Source: a virus
Taxonomy: Duplodnaviria; Caudoviricetes
Reading direction: 5' to 3' (one strand)
DNA: 39,786 nucleotides
Virus record (IMG/VR): IMGVR_UViG_3300032318_001790
Location: 1-39,786 of that record
Part shown: positions 1 through 9,943 of the stretch, piece after piece
Layout: each line of letters opens with the position of its first letter
How positions within the stretch are numbered: position 1 is the first letter of the stretch
Translations under genes and position numbers: made by a program
Notes under the pieces: model-generated
What the model was told of the DNA's origin: nothing
What the model saw: only the letters and a program-made list of their open reading frames with translations
Databases searched by the model: none

Positions 1-65
1 ACTTCTTCGGATTTGACTTCTTCGGATTTGACTTCTTCAATTTTAGCCTCTTCGACTTTGACCTC
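1..65. repeat. 15-bp tandem repeat encoding EEVK(S/V)-like acidic repeats
   Basis: acttcttcggatttg twice, then degenerate copies (acttcttcaatttta, gcctcttcgactttg). Confidence 0.8.
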
Positions 66-800
66 TTCGATTACTTCCGCCTCTTCTTGGTCGGAAGAGT
101 TTTGCGATAAGAAGCCTTCATCCATTTCTTTCAATTCCGTATTAGTCTCAGCTCTTCCCAAAAACCACAATGTAATTAAATATGTAAAACGTCGAATTAC
201 TCCTAATAGAAAACTATCTTCTTTTTCAGCCTCTTCAATAAAATCATATGCATTTAGTTTTTCTTCAAAAGAATTGCCTTCGAATATCGGTTTATATTCC
301 TCGTTAATTTTTTGATAAGACATGTTTAACAACCACCAAAGAATAGCGCGATTTCGTGCTTTAGCCTCGGCAGTGTTTTCAAAAATCGCAATTTGAGATG
401 ACTCGAAACTTTGAATTTCTTTTCTAATATCGTCTAGCTCTTGAATTAATACGTCCGAACGGTTTTTCTCAACTTCATTTCTTTCGGATTCATTCTTAAT
501 TAAAATTGACTGTAACTCAAAAGACGCATCTCTGAATCTAATCAACAAAGTTCCGTAAATTTCGCGTTCTTTTTCACTAATACTCCCCCCTCCATTCGAA
601 AGAATAGTGTTCCAAGCAGCTTTGGGTAAAACCCCAGCTTTTGCAAAACGTGAAGTTTCTGCCGCATAAAAAAGCTCTCCGTCTTCTCTTAATCTACGAT
701 TCGGATGTAATAATGCAAACTTTTTTGTAACAGTTTCCTTTAAAACTCCATCTTTTTTTATAAGATCGTTTACTTCAAATTCGTATAGCCATTTATTCAT
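1..800 (-). CDS. Hypothetical protein, 3' end beyond window; possible tail assembly chaperone
   Basis: Not in ORF track. ATG at 800, open frame MNKWLYEFEVNDLIKKDG...TAEAKARNRAILWW...EEVKSEEVKSEE runs off the window edge. Helical and acidic; lies downstream of tail tube (function inferred from position). Confidence 0.7.
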   Translation of the reverse strand, partial: MNKWLYEFEVNDLIKKDGVLKETVTKKFALLHPNRRLREDGELFYAAETSRFAKAGVLPKAAWNTILSNGGGSISEKEREIYGTLLIRFRDASFELQSILIKNESERNEVEKNRSDVLIQELDDIRKEIQSFESSQIAIFENTAEAKARNRAILWWLLNMSYQKINEEYKPIFEGNSFEEKLNAYDFIEEAEKEDSFLLGVIRRFTYLITLWFLGRAETNTELKEMDEGFLSQNSSDQEEAEVIEEVKVEEAKIEEVKSEEVKSEE

Positions 801-809
801 ATATTTATA

Positions 810-1034
810 TTATTTTTCCTTTAGTTTAAAATCAAAATTATTTAATTCTTCTTCTATATTACGATAACAATTATTACCGTAATCAAGAACACGTTTGCGT
901 AATCTTTGAAATTCGTCTTCGGTTATTTTGTCTTGACCCTGTAAGTCTTCGAGAGCGTATAAAAATCCCAAATATAATTTTTTTACGTCTCTATAGACTA
1001 AACCTTTGACAAGTTCATTTAAATCAATATTCAT
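810..1034 (-). CDS. Hypothetical protein (74 aa)
   Basis: Clean ORF co-oriented with late operon; GTGTAA motif upstream at 1066-1071. Confidence 0.75.
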   Translation of the reverse strand: MNIDLNELVKGLVYRDVKKLYLGFLYALEDLQGQDKITEDEFQRLRKRVLDYGNNCYRNIEEELNNFDFKLKEK

Positions 1035-1065
1035 AACCTTTACAAACCTTTTACCTACTATAGGT

Positions 1066-1071
1066 TTACAC
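1066..1071 (-). promoter_or_regulatory. Candidate late promoter GTGTAA
   Basis: Intergenic, upstream of ATG 1034, just after terminator. Confidence 0.55.
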
Positions 1072-1076
1072 TATAT

Positions 1077-1109
1077 AAAAAAAACGGGCACTTTTTAGGT
1101 GCCCGTTTT
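1077..1109 (-). terminator. Rho-independent terminator after tail tube gene
   Basis: Minus strand aaaacgggcac-ctaaaaa-gtgcccgtttttttt: GC stem followed by T8. Confidence 0.85.
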
Positions 1110-1134
1110 CATTATTAATTATTATTCTATACGA

Positions 1135-2265
1135 TTAAGCGTTGTTGGCGTTAGCGTAAGTACCGGAAACAAATACACCACGGACGGTATCTGTTGCAGA
1201 TCCAATGCTAACTTCATACGAAGCGTTCATCGTTGCATTATCACCGATAGAAGAACTGAACCCTTGAGAAACCAATTTAGCTTTTCTAACTTGGAAAATC
1301 ATTGAGGGTGTTTTCGATGCGTTCGGCCCACCTGCGCAATAAGGTTTATTCAGTGTTATTGTGAAGTCATGTTCAGTTCCTGAGCACAATTGATTTACCA
1401 AGGTACCGTCTGAAAGATCCCCAACTTCTGCATTAACTTCAATCGTAGCAGTAATTGGGAAGTCAATTTCGCGTGCTACGCCATAACGACTACCCAATCT
1501 TTGAATTACAGTTCTTGGTAAATCAATAGAGATTGAGAAATCTTGAACTTTAAGATCTGTTGAATCAAAACCGACTGCGCTATTTGCTGGTAATGTAAAT
1601 TCTATATCTCCAGGTTGTAATGCAGCTGGAATTGTGGTTCCAGTATAGGAGTAACCCCTAGGAATTAAAAATTGTCCAGCGGCTGCTGTACCATCAGAGT
1701 CTCCAGACGTTACAATTGCTGGAACAGCTTGGGCGGTAGTTGCATTACTGTAAACACGAAGATTCAAGGCTTCTAAAGATACTTCTGCTGTTGGAATATC
1801 TCCAACTGCAGCACTTACAGAATAGGAAGCAATTGTAGCATTACCAAGTCCGATGACACCAGTAGCTGTGGAGGTGTTACCATTAGCATCAACACCTTCA
1901 TTTGTGATAGCTAAATAATAGTTTTTGGGCTCTTCTGTTTTATTAACGATACCACTAATGATAGAGCTTAGAGTTGCAGTTCCGGATGGCGCGGCCATTA
2001 AGCCAATAGCTCTTTCACTTTTACCGTCACTAAGGTAATAAGAAAAACTAGCACTTACTTCGGGAGCTTCAGTTTCCAAACGGTCAATTGCACCAAGATT
2101 TCCGAATTGATTCACATCTGTAAAAGTACGTGAAAAATCTTCGTCAAAAGATTGAACACGCGGAATCTGAATTATATCATTTGTCCCACTTTGGTTTCCG
2201 GTAACGTTATTGCCAGCACTAGCAAATAACGCCATCACATTGTAAATTGTTCTATTTCTTGCCAT
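1135..2265 (-). CDS. Major tail (tube) protein
   Basis: 376 aa, beta-rich, S/T/G/A-rich, RVQSFD...DVNQFG and RLGSRY..AREIDFP repeats typical of a two-domain tail tube; follows neck genes and ends in a strong terminator. Confidence 0.7.
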   Translation of the reverse strand: MARNRTIYNVMALFASAGNNVTGNQSGTNDIIQIPRVQSFDEDFSRTFTDVNQFGNLGAIDRLETEAPEVSASFSYYLSDGKSERAIGLMAAPSGTATLSSIISGIVNKTEEPKNYYLAITNEGVDANGNTSTATGVIGLGNATIASYSVSAAVGDIPTAEVSLEALNLRVYSNATTAQAVPAIVTSGDSDGTAAAGQFLIPRGYSYTGTTIPAALQPGDIEFTLPANSAVGFDSTDLKVQDFSISIDLPRTVIQRLGSRYGVAREIDFPITATIEVNAEVGDLSDGTLVNQLCSGTEHDFTITLNKPYCAGGPNASKTPSMIFQVRKAKLVSQGFSSSIGDNATMNASYEVSIGSATDTVRGVFVSGTYANANNA

Positions 2266-2307
2266 AAGTATAATTACATTACATTTTATAAGAAGACACT
2301 GTTTTTT

Positions 2308-3156
2308 TTAATAAACTCTAGGACTTCTTATATCTGAAAGTTCAAAATCTATAATAGCCGCAACGCATTTTTTATTAATTTTTGCATTATCAATTTCATC
2401 TAATTTCGACACTGTTACGCGATCTATATGGACTAAATTTGACTGTGGTTGACTACCACATAGAGTTTTATAATTAAAAGCAGAACCACTTTTAAAGTCA
2501 CCAAAATAATTAAATGGAAAATCTTGTGGACTAAATACTGGAAATACCTTTCGGGCACTATCGCTTAATATTGAAATAAGACCATCTAAAGAAAAACTAC
2601 TTAAACCTAGAGCAATACAGCGAATTGTAGTTTGCGTAGAATCCTGTCCACCAAAAGCGAATGGAATATTTTCACCGACCCGATGTTTTATAAAAATGCA
2701 CGGATATGGAATGTCTAAATAACCTAGCGCCCCAGTAACTTGGGAAACTTTTGGAGTGGCGTTATAGGCTTTTTCAAAAAGTAATTTTTCTTCACGTTCG
2801 TCTGTATAGTAAATATTATACTCTTTAAAACTATAGCTAGCACTTACGTTAGTAGAAGCGTTGCCACTTATAATCGCACGACCTTTATTAAAATCAAGAT
2901 TCAAACCGCTAGTTCCGCGCGCAACATAGCTACCGTTTATAAAAACACCAGAAGGTATATTGACATTGGGAATACTGCTGTCATAAACCCACTGACGAAA
3001 AGGTGCGCCATAAACTTGCTTATTCGGAAAATTAGGATCTGGTGAATTATAAAGTTTTCCACTATAATTAATAAAAGCCTCGCCTCTTTCCAATACTTCA
3101 TGGTCTAACCACAAGTAAAAACTAGACATTAAATTATTGACGTATGTTGCCTTCAT
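2308..3156 (-). CDS. Tail terminator / tail completion-like protein
   Basis: Immediately upstream of tail tube; YPCIFI and AAIIDFEL motifs resemble tail-completion proteins (by eye). Confidence 0.5.
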   Translation of the reverse strand: MKATYVNNLMSSFYLWLDHEVLERGEAFINYSGKLYNSPDPNFPNKQVYGAPFRQWVYDSSIPNVNIPSGVFINGSYVARGTSGLNLDFNKGRAIISGNASTNVSASYSFKEYNIYYTDEREEKLLFEKAYNATPKVSQVTGALGYLDIPYPCIFIKHRVGENIPFAFGGQDSTQTTIRCIALGLSSFSLDGLISILSDSARKVFPVFSPQDFPFNYFGDFKSGSAFNYKTLCGSQPQSNLVHIDRVTVSKLDEIDNAKINKKCVAAIIDFELSDIRSPRVY

Positions 3157-3157
3157 T

Positions 3158-3736
3158 TTATTTAGCCCCTAATCTTCTAAGAAATTTAGTATACATTCCA
3201 CTAAAATATTTTACGTTTCTAAATCTTTTGTTTGAGTAGTTGTATTTACTTTGAATACCCGCGCCCGAGCGCGAGCCTGCGAAACGTCCATATAAATATG
3301 CACCCAATCCGGAAATACCACGTTCAATATCTAATAGCCAACTACGACCAGTCTCAAATGGTAATCGAGAAACTGCGCCAAACTCGTCTTTCGACGGTAC
3401 GTTTACTTTAACCCTAAAACCATTTCCAGTTGCCTGTATATTACGGTCTAATGTAATTTTTTGTATTAAAAATTTTACAGCTGCAGTGGGATTAGCGCCC
3501 TGGTTAAAACCTAAAAAAGAAAATAAATTACCATACCCACCAAGAGTACCAGAAATGTTTGAAGCATTTTCTCCACCATCTAATTCTTGGGTAACCGGAT
3601 GTGATTCGAAATCCTGCTGGAATAAAGCCTTTTCTTTTTCAACTTCTTTTTGTACAATATCGCGCACCATTTTTTTAACAGCACGATTGTTAAAAATTTC
3701 TTTTTGTATAAGATTTTTATTTATTGTGCCAGCCAT
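3158..3736 (-). CDS. Neck / tail component protein
   Basis: 192 aa, basic C-terminus, in the neck gene position; stop/start overlap with upstream gene. Confidence 0.45.
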   Translation of the reverse strand: MAGTINKNLIQKEIFNNRAVKKMVRDIVQKEVEKEKALFQQDFESHPVTQELDGGENASNISGTLGGYGNLFSFLGFNQGANPTAAVKFLIQKITLDRNIQATGNGFRVKVNVPSKDEFGAVSRLPFETGRSWLLDIERGISGLGAYLYGRFAGSRSGAGIQSKYNYSNKRFRNVKYFSGMYTKFLRRLGAK

Positions 3737-4167
3737 TATTCACTCTCCTTAAAAAATAGTGTGTAAAAATCAACGTTGAATAAACCGTGTGGACGGTTTA
3801 CGCCCATGGACTGAACTGGGCGTCCGTCAATCTCAATTTTTTCTGCGTCACTAATAAAATCTACGAACTCTCTCTTAGCTTTTACGCGGCACAAGTTACC
3901 ACGAATTTCTTCACGAATTTCTGGCCACCCCATTAGTTTAGAAGGGTCTTGCCATTCAATACGACAATCAAATTGCCCACTTACTGGAACGTATGCAACT
4001 TCAATTGCCTCCTGATCATTATATAAAAAATTATAATTACTATCAGTAGAAATGACAACCCTTTCTGGAGTTTTATAAACTGTTACTAGTCTAGAAAACG
4101 TATCGTGAAGATCGTTAAATTCACTACTCAATAATAATTTTTCAGAATCGGAAACAAGGCTTGCCAT
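3736..4167 (-). CDS. Head closure (stopper)-like protein
   Basis: 143 aa, beta-rich, KIEIDGR..Q motif near C-terminus; second gene of head-tail joining block. Confidence 0.5.
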   Translation of the reverse strand: MASLVSDSEKLLLSSEFNDLHDTFSRLVTVYKTPERVVISTDSNYNFLYNDQEAIEVAYVPVSGQFDCRIEWQDPSKLMGWPEIREEIRGNLCRVKAKREFVDFISDAEKIEIDGRPVQSMGVNRPHGLFNVDFYTLFFKESE

Positions 4168-4168
4168 A

Positions 4169-4705
4169 TTAATTTAGTGTTCTTTGATATTCTTGAATTA
4201 CGTACAAACTAACTCCCTCTGTATCATCCCCAGCAATTTGATCTGGAACTGCGTTGTACTTAAGATACATTTTAACCGCTTTATCTAAATCTTCTTTTGC
4301 ATCTCTAGACATAGTTCTTAAATTCTTTGAAATTTCATTCTTATTAATTTTTTTAATAGTACTATCGCCCTCTTTTAAGTCTGTCCAGTCACTACCTTTT
4401 GTAGACGAACTTTTTGCCACGTTTCTAGCTTCATTTCTAAAATACTCATAATCAAATAACATTTTATAAACGGCAAGTTGATCATTTTTAATCTCTGGTT
4501 CTATTGCGTATCCAGTGACATTACCACAATCATTAGTATAGGCCACGCCAGAAAAATACGTACCAATTAAATTATTTAATTTTCCTAAATTGGCGTTATC
4601 TAAAATCCAAGAAGCGATTTTTTGAGGAGAGTAGTCAACGGGTTCTCCTAATTCATTATAAATATTATTTATAAAGTATGTTAATGTATACGATTGAGTA
4701 GTCAC
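4169..4705 (-). CDS. Head-tail adaptor-like protein
   Basis: 178 aa, helical with a short beta hairpin (WTDLKEGDSTIKK); first neck gene after capsid; GTG start. Confidence 0.5.
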   Translation of the reverse strand: MTTQSYTLTYFINNIYNELGEPVDYSPQKIASWILDNANLGKLNNLIGTYFSGVAYTNDCGNVTGYAIEPEIKNDQLAVYKMLFDYEYFRNEARNVAKSSSTKGSDWTDLKEGDSTIKKINKNEISKNLRTMSRDAKEDLDKAVKMYLKYNAVPDQIAGDDTEGVSLYVIQEYQRTLN

Positions 4706-4713
4706 ATACTATT

Positions 4714-4719
4714 TTACAC
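4714..4719 (-). promoter_or_regulatory. Candidate late promoter GTGTAA
   Basis: In 20-bp gap upstream of start 4705. Confidence 0.55.
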
Positions 4720-4725
4720 AAAAAA

Positions 4726-5106
4726 TTAAGCACCTTCTCTTAAGATCTTTTGTGCTTTAGCATCAAGGTCCGCTACAGTTTGAACTTGACCAGTAGCCAC
4801 ATTACTACCATATCTAGAGTGCCACTTTACGAATTCTTTTGCCAAACGGTCAGTTAATACTTTTCTATCGGGAGTTGGAACTAGCCCAACTTTGTAAGCG
4901 TGGGCTTGAAGATCCGTCATATTCATTTCAGCCAATTGGCCACGATAATCTTCCGAACTTTTCGCGGTATAAATGGACAAAGTTTCCCCTAGAATCTCAT
5001 CTAAAGAAGACGGTTGTTTTTTGACACCGGTTTCTTCTTTTCCGTGGATTTGTAGCATATTTTTCTTTGAGGGGCGACCCCGTTTCTTTTCTGGTTTTGT
5101 GTTCAT
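4726..5106 (-). CDS. Hypothetical protein with N-terminal AT-hook-like motif
   Basis: KKRGRPSKK at residues 7-15. Confidence 0.65.
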   Translation of the reverse strand: MNTKPEKKRGRPSKKNMLQIHGKEETGVKKQPSSLDEILGETLSIYTAKSSEDYRGQLAEMNMTDLQAHAYKVGLVPTPDRKVLTDRLAKEFVKWHSRYGSNVATGQVQTVADLDAKAQKILREGA

Positions 5107-5151
5107 CTTATATATTATTACTTTAAATATAATAATAATCTAATTTTTTAT

Positions 5152-5182
5152 AAAAAAAGGGCCGCCCTTACGGGCGACCCTT
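5152..5182 (-). terminator. Rho-independent terminator after major capsid gene
   Basis: Minus strand aagggtcgccc-gtaa-gggcggccc-ttttttt: GNRA tetraloop hairpin plus T tract. Confidence 0.9.
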
Positions 5183-5205
5183 AATTTTTTAAACTACTAG
5201 TTTAA

Positions 5206-6309
5206 TTAGACAACTAAACCAACAGCTGCGCGAGCGTCAACCGCTACACGGCCTTCTTCTACATAACTGTAGAAACCAACTTTTTGGCTACGAGCCAAGA
5301 ATTGGTCGTCAGGGAGAACCCTGACCTGACCGCGTGTTTCGCTTTGGATTGCGACTGGGCGCAAGAAAGCGTTACGGCTTGCATCAATACCAACGATTAA
5401 TTCATCAGTAGCAGTTGCGAATGCAGAACCTCCAATGTCGGTAGTACGGAATGTGTCGAACAAGTCATTGTACTTGCGGCTCTCACCGAGTTCAAGCAAT
5501 TCATGGACTGTTACGCCGAAGATTTCGTTCGTACCAGCGGCACGATAGATTTCTTCACGAACGCTATCAGGAAGGGGAACTGCAGTAGCACCACTTGATG
5601 TAAACGATCCAGCGCGTGTGTTCATTGGCTGATAGGCGAATGCACGAATTTGCTCCTTGACTTCTGGGCTTACGAAGATGTCGGTTAAGCCACGGCTCTG
5701 AAGAGCTTGTGGGGTACCGCCAGTGTAAGCAGCGTTGAGTCTACGAACTAAAGTGAACAACTTGTTCATGTCGTCGAGTTGGAAAGTTCCAGCAGTACCA
5801 ACACGGCGAACGTGCTGAGTACCATTTGTGGAAGCTTCTGCCAAGAGTTTGAGAATAACAGCCCAAGCATTACGTTCTTGTTTAACAAGAATTTCATTGG
5901 CCATACGCTCTAAACCAGCGGCAACAACGTCGAGACGTGCTCTACGAACATAACGCTTGTCCATCGAGATAGCGCTGTCAAGACGATAGGTATTAACCTT
6001 CATCTCCTGCATACCCTGAACAAAGTTTGTTGGGAGACCGCCACCAACCGTTTGCGACCAAACGCTGATGTGACCTTCGTTAAGACCATAGTATAAGTCG
6101 AGAGGAATCGATGGGGAATCGTCTTCGTCAAATTCTACGTCACGATAAATCATGCTTGCAGTACCAGCCTGTAAAAGAACTTGCTGAACAACATCGCTGA
6201 TGAAAGCTGCGAAAGCCTCTTGGGCTTCCATAGCTACAGTTTTGTTTTCCGAAGCAAGAGCCTTGATAAGCTCGATCTGCTCGGGATTTTTTTCGAATTG
6301 AATTTTCAT
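5206..6309 (-). CDS. Major capsid protein (HK97 fold inferred)
   Basis: 367 aa, after protease/scaffold and decoration gene, followed by strong terminator; C-terminal VGFYSYVEEGRVAVDARAAVGLVV resembles HK97-fold capsid ends. Confidence 0.8.
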   Translation of the reverse strand: MKIQFEKNPEQIELIKALASENKTVAMEAQEAFAAFISDVVQQVLLQAGTASMIYRDVEFDEDDSPSIPLDLYYGLNEGHISVWSQTVGGGLPTNFVQGMQEMKVNTYRLDSAISMDKRYVRRARLDVVAAGLERMANEILVKQERNAWAVILKLLAEASTNGTQHVRRVGTAGTFQLDDMNKLFTLVRRLNAAYTGGTPQALQSRGLTDIFVSPEVKEQIRAFAYQPMNTRAGSFTSSGATAVPLPDSVREEIYRAAGTNEIFGVTVHELLELGESRKYNDLFDTFRTTDIGGSAFATATDELIVGIDASRNAFLRPVAIQSETRGQVRVLPDDQFLARSQKVGFYSYVEEGRVAVDARAAVGLVV

Positions 6310-6334
6310 ATTTTTATAATTTCTTTCTAATTGA

Positions 6335-6871
6335 TTAGAGTTCTACCTTAAGTAAGGCATATCCTTCGTCGTTTTTAGGTCCGAGGAATTTACCAACTGT
6401 TGCGGTTGCATAAGTTACTACTTTAAGGTCTCCACCGCCAGCGTCAGAAACGGCTGCGCCGCTACCGAAACCTGGGGTACCAACGATACCGCTAACAAGT
6501 ACAAGACCTTTCGTAAGAATAGGTGCTGCTTGACCGCTGATGATGACATCCATCTCAGCTGCCTTGCGTGGGTTGAAAATTAATTGTTCACCGTTCTCGT
6601 CGAATTTGCGAACGTCTTTGAGCAACAAACCAACGATTGAACCTTTAGCAGAGCCAGAAGCGGCTGGGCTAACGGTCCAAGGAACGTTGAACTGTGCTGA
6701 AAGAGTATTCCCAAAGGGCGAGAGGTTGTCTAAAGATGTAGCGTCTTTGAAATTAACCCCGCTGCTGTTAGCTGTAACGACAGTGCCTTTATTGGCACTT
6801 TCGGCATTAACTGCAAAAAGGTTAATAACATCATGCTCATCATAATCTCTGAATGGTTTTAAATTTGCCAT
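6335..6871 (-). CDS. Capsid decoration / cement protein
   Basis: 178 aa, G/A/S-rich, between scaffold and capsid genes; VGLLL..V and GQAAPILTKG motifs typical of beta-tulip decoration proteins (by eye). Confidence 0.6.
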   Translation of the reverse strand: MANLKPFRDYDEHDVINLFAVNAESANKGTVVTANSSGVNFKDATSLDNLSPFGNTLSAQFNVPWTVSPAASGSAKGSIVGLLLKDVRKFDENGEQLIFNPRKAAEMDVIISGQAAPILTKGLVLVSGIVGTPGFGSGAAVSDAGGGDLKVVTYATATVGKFLGPKNDEGYALLKVEL

Positions 6872-6889
6872 AATATTTTTTTCTTTCTT

Positions 6890-8719
6890 TTATTTATTTA
6901 TTTTTACGCTATTTTTGTTGAAAGCTGCACTGATCTTTTCGACCAATGAAGCTTCTTGAGGAGAGGACGCGTTCGGAAGGACTTCTTCCGTTACCTCTGC
7001 ACTCGAAATTACTTCTTCTACAGTTTTTTCTTCGTTGGCGACAACTTCGGAAGCTTTTTCTTCCTTCATTTCTTTGTCGTCTTTTTCTTCGCCCTCTTTT
7101 TTGAAGAGTACGAATTTCTTTGCCGACTTCTTTTTAGCAGCGGCGAATGTAGAGAACTTCTTGTACCATTTTTCGAACTGTTCATCATTCTCAATGGCGT
7201 TTAAATCTTCAGCGATGATACTACGATCTTCATCGGTTAAGTCAAACTCTTCGTCAAGCAAGCTCATTCTGCGTTGGAAACTGGCTTCAATTTCTTTGGC
7301 TTTGAGATCTTCTTGAATCTTTGTAAATTCTTCTTTGACTTTATCACTATCAGCTTTGATCGACTCGAGGTCGGTTTTCAATGCAGAGATTTGATCTTCT
7401 GCTGCTTTAAGTGCTGTTTCTTTTTCTTCGACTTTAGATTTCCATTCAGTTGCTAACTCAGCAATCTTATTCGAAATAAACTCACGAACATGACTTGCAG
7501 CTATTTCCTTGATGGAATCTTCCGTAATATCATCAACATTTTTAATGTGCATAATATTTTTTACATTATTATTTTGTTTTTGGACACTTTTTTTATTCAT
7601 TTTAATTTCAGAGGAGTTGACTTCATTGTTTTCTTCCATTTCATCTTCATCCATTTCTTCGTAATTTTCGGAACCACATTCTGGGCATACGTCAGCTTCC
7701 ATTCCCTTATATCCGCACTTAGCACACATATAATTTTCTTCTTCAGATTTTACGGTTTTTACCATCTCAGGCTTATCGTAAGAAATAACAATGCCGCTAA
7801 CTTCAGCAGCTGGAGTATTGGTAAAACCAATGCCAAGAGGAAGAACGCTACCTTGAAGATTTAAAAAAACCATTTCGCCATCTTCAGTATATCCATTTCC
7901 GCCGAATACTTTAAGACGATCTTTTAATTCTATGATCTCTTCTTCTTTTTCTACAATCGTTGCATCTGCTAAATTTTTATTACCTTTAGCAACATTAAAT
8001 TCATTAAATCCAAGTTCCCAACTAGCACTAACAGAAAGATATTTATTCGAAGATGGATCGCTACTCTCGATAAGTTCAGTAGCAAATTCTGGATTTACAA
8101 TTTTCCATACATAACCAGATAGAACAACATTGAAAGGTCCTTTCATCGCCTTAACTTCTTCAAGCGTTAATGGCTTACTACTACCAAACTCACTAAATCC
8201 ATAACCAGTACAAACGCCAACTACAACTTTACGATTATGTTCAATATTAAAAGGCTTGTTAATAAAATTTTCAACCATCGCCATAGCAACGTCTGTGCTG
8301 ATAATATGTCCATTCTTATTACCACGGTTAACAACGAAAGCATCAAAAGCTACTCCCATTAAATCACGATTAACGTCGAGATCTACATTCTTGGGAAGAT
8401 ATTCTTTTAATTGGTCAACAGATGCCACTGCTAAATATTTATCTTCATCAGACGAAACCATTGCCTGAACTATAATTCCTTCAAAACGAATTGAATATTT
8501 AAAATCTTTCATTGTATCCATTGGTAAATTTACACTTCGTTCTTCTAATAGGGCAACATTTTTGAGTTTGTTGCTAATAACAATTTTATTGTTTTCGAAT
8601 TTATCTAACTCCATGGCGCACAAAGAGATCGGGCGCGAGAAAGAAAAAAGTAAATCAGACAAGTCAAACCCAGTTAAGGTGTCAACATTTTTTACTGGCT
8701 CATCTTCATAAGTTGGCAT
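6890..8719 (-). CDS. Prohead protease fused to Zn ribbon and coiled-coil scaffold
   Basis: NKNGH...FINKPFNIEH...VVG...VSASWEL...GIGFTNTPA protease-like motifs; CAKC...CPEC Zn ribbon; E/K-rich coiled-coil C-terminus. Possible internal starts at 8521 and 7552. Confidence 0.75.
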   Translation of the reverse strand: MPTYEDEPVKNVDTLTGFDLSDLLFSFSRPISLCAMELDKFENNKIVISNKLKNVALLEERSVNLPMDTMKDFKYSIRFEGIIVQAMVSSDEDKYLAVASVDQLKEYLPKNVDLDVNRDLMGVAFDAFVVNRGNKNGHIISTDVAMAMVENFINKPFNIEHNRKVVVGVCTGYGFSEFGSSKPLTLEEVKAMKGPFNVVLSGYVWKIVNPEFATELIESSDPSSNKYLSVSASWELGFNEFNVAKGNKNLADATIVEKEEEIIELKDRLKVFGGNGYTEDGEMVFLNLQGSVLPLGIGFTNTPAAEVSGIVISYDKPEMVKTVKSEEENYMCAKCGYKGMEADVCPECGSENYEEMDEDEMEENNEVNSSEIKMNKKSVQKQNNNVKNIMHIKNVDDITEDSIKEIAASHVREFISNKIAELATEWKSKVEEKETALKAAEDQISALKTDLESIKADSDKVKEEFTKIQEDLKAKEIEASFQRRMSLLDEEFDLTDEDRSIIAEDLNAIENDEQFEKWYKKFSTFAAAKKKSAKKFVLFKKEGEEKDDKEMKEEKASEVVANEEKTVEEVISSAEVTEEVLPNASSPQEASLVEKISAAFNKNSVKINK

Positions 8720-8737
8720 TTTGTTATTATAAATATA

Positions 8738-8743
8738 TTACAC
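8738..8743 (-). promoter_or_regulatory. Candidate late promoter GTGTAA
   Basis: Upstream of protease ATG 8719. Confidence 0.6.
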
Positions 8744-8762
8744 TAATTTTTATAATTTATTA

Positions 8763-9470
8763 TTATAAATTTGCGGCTTGAAAATGCATCCAATCATAAT
8801 TTCTTTCACGACCCAAACTTGTCCAGCCTTCAGCTTCTACAATTTGCCAAAAATCATTGTAAGCAGGTTTTGCAAAACTAGCCCGATCTTTACCCCATTT
8901 TAATTGATTATTATCTGGATCTAAATCTATTGCCGCGCCCCAAGAGTGGATTGACCACGCAGAACCCCCACGCATTTTTCTAACATTTAAACATCCACCA
9001 AAAAGATCTAATCTTAATTTTACTATTTCCTTCTCTCCGTATGTTTTTAAAGTATTTTCCAATATTGTATATAGTGATTTTGCAACCCTTTCATTGCAGG
9101 TTATTTTTCTTAAAGTCGTAGATGGAGCCCAAGCTAATTTTAATTTATAAGGAACGTCTAACTGTGTTTGATTCTCTCCAACTGGACCATAAAAATTCAC
9201 CATACTTGTATAATCCTGTTTTGGCCAACGCTGCGAAAGTGGAGTGTTCTCGGAAACCGTTGTTACGAAAGCCCAAGTTTTGGGACCGACAATCCCATCG
9301 GGTTTTAAACCATTTTTGGCTTGAAATTTTAACGTTTCTCTTTCTGTTTCTGGACCGAAAGCGCCATCAACGTAAGGAATTTTATAGCCAGCACTTTGTA
9401 AAAATAATTGCCACTGTTTTACCGTTTCGCCAAAGCTACCCTTTTTTATACTGCTAGATTTATTACTCAT
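8763..9470 (-). CDS. Endolysin: peptidoglycan-binding domain + M15-type Zn peptidase
   Basis: N-terminal GETVKQWQ..L...DGAFGPETE...FQ..NGL.PDGIVGPKTW (PG_binding_1); catalytic SIHSWGAAIDLD...DWMHFQ. Confidence 0.9.
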   Translation of the reverse strand: MSNKSSSIKKGSFGETVKQWQLFLQSAGYKIPYVDGAFGPETERETLKFQAKNGLKPDGIVGPKTWAFVTTVSENTPLSQRWPKQDYTSMVNFYGPVGENQTQLDVPYKLKLAWAPSTTLRKITCNERVAKSLYTILENTLKTYGEKEIVKLRLDLFGGCLNVRKMRGGSAWSIHSWGAAIDLDPDNNQLKWGKDRASFAKPAYNDFWQIVEAEGWTSLGRERNYDWMHFQAANL

Positions 9471-9933
9471 ATGACATTACCCAATCTATAGGTGCGTAGG
9501 AAGGATCCTTTTTATAAATTTCTTGATATTTTACAGTTTCTTCAATTATTACTTTTTCATCAATTTGTTCAATTGATTTAGTTGTATCATATGACTGGTT
9601 TGAAGAGCTATTGTATTTAAAGTCAATACTTGCCTGTAGCCCCAAATATACAGAAATTATAATTGCAAAAATTTTAATACTCTCCACAAATATTGTTACA
9701 TACGGCTCGGTGATTGTTGGGGAGAAAGATGTTAAAAATAATATACCAACACTAGTTAAATAAAAAAACATCAATAAAACTATGGAGCTAAATACTATAA
9801 AAAATTTCTTAGAAGAGAAAAAGTTTATTTTACTAAGATCCTCTTTATATCTTATTGGCGCATTTGGCGGCGCGACACCAGTTTGTAAAAAAGAGGTGGC
9901 TGTATAAAAAGTATTCTTTATTCTATTCCACAT
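9463..9933 (-). CDS. Holin-like membrane protein
   Basis: Two hydrophobic segments; overlaps endolysin start. Confidence 0.55.
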   Translation of the reverse strand: MWNRIKNTFYTATSFLQTGVAPPNAPIRYKEDLSKINFFSSKKFFIVFSSIVLLMFFYLTSVGILFLTSFSPTITEPYVTIFVESIKIFAIIISVYLGLQASIDFKYNSSSNQSYDTTKSIEQIDEKVIIEETVKYQEIYKKDPSYAPIDWVMSYE

Positions 9934-9943
9934 AAAGAGATCA

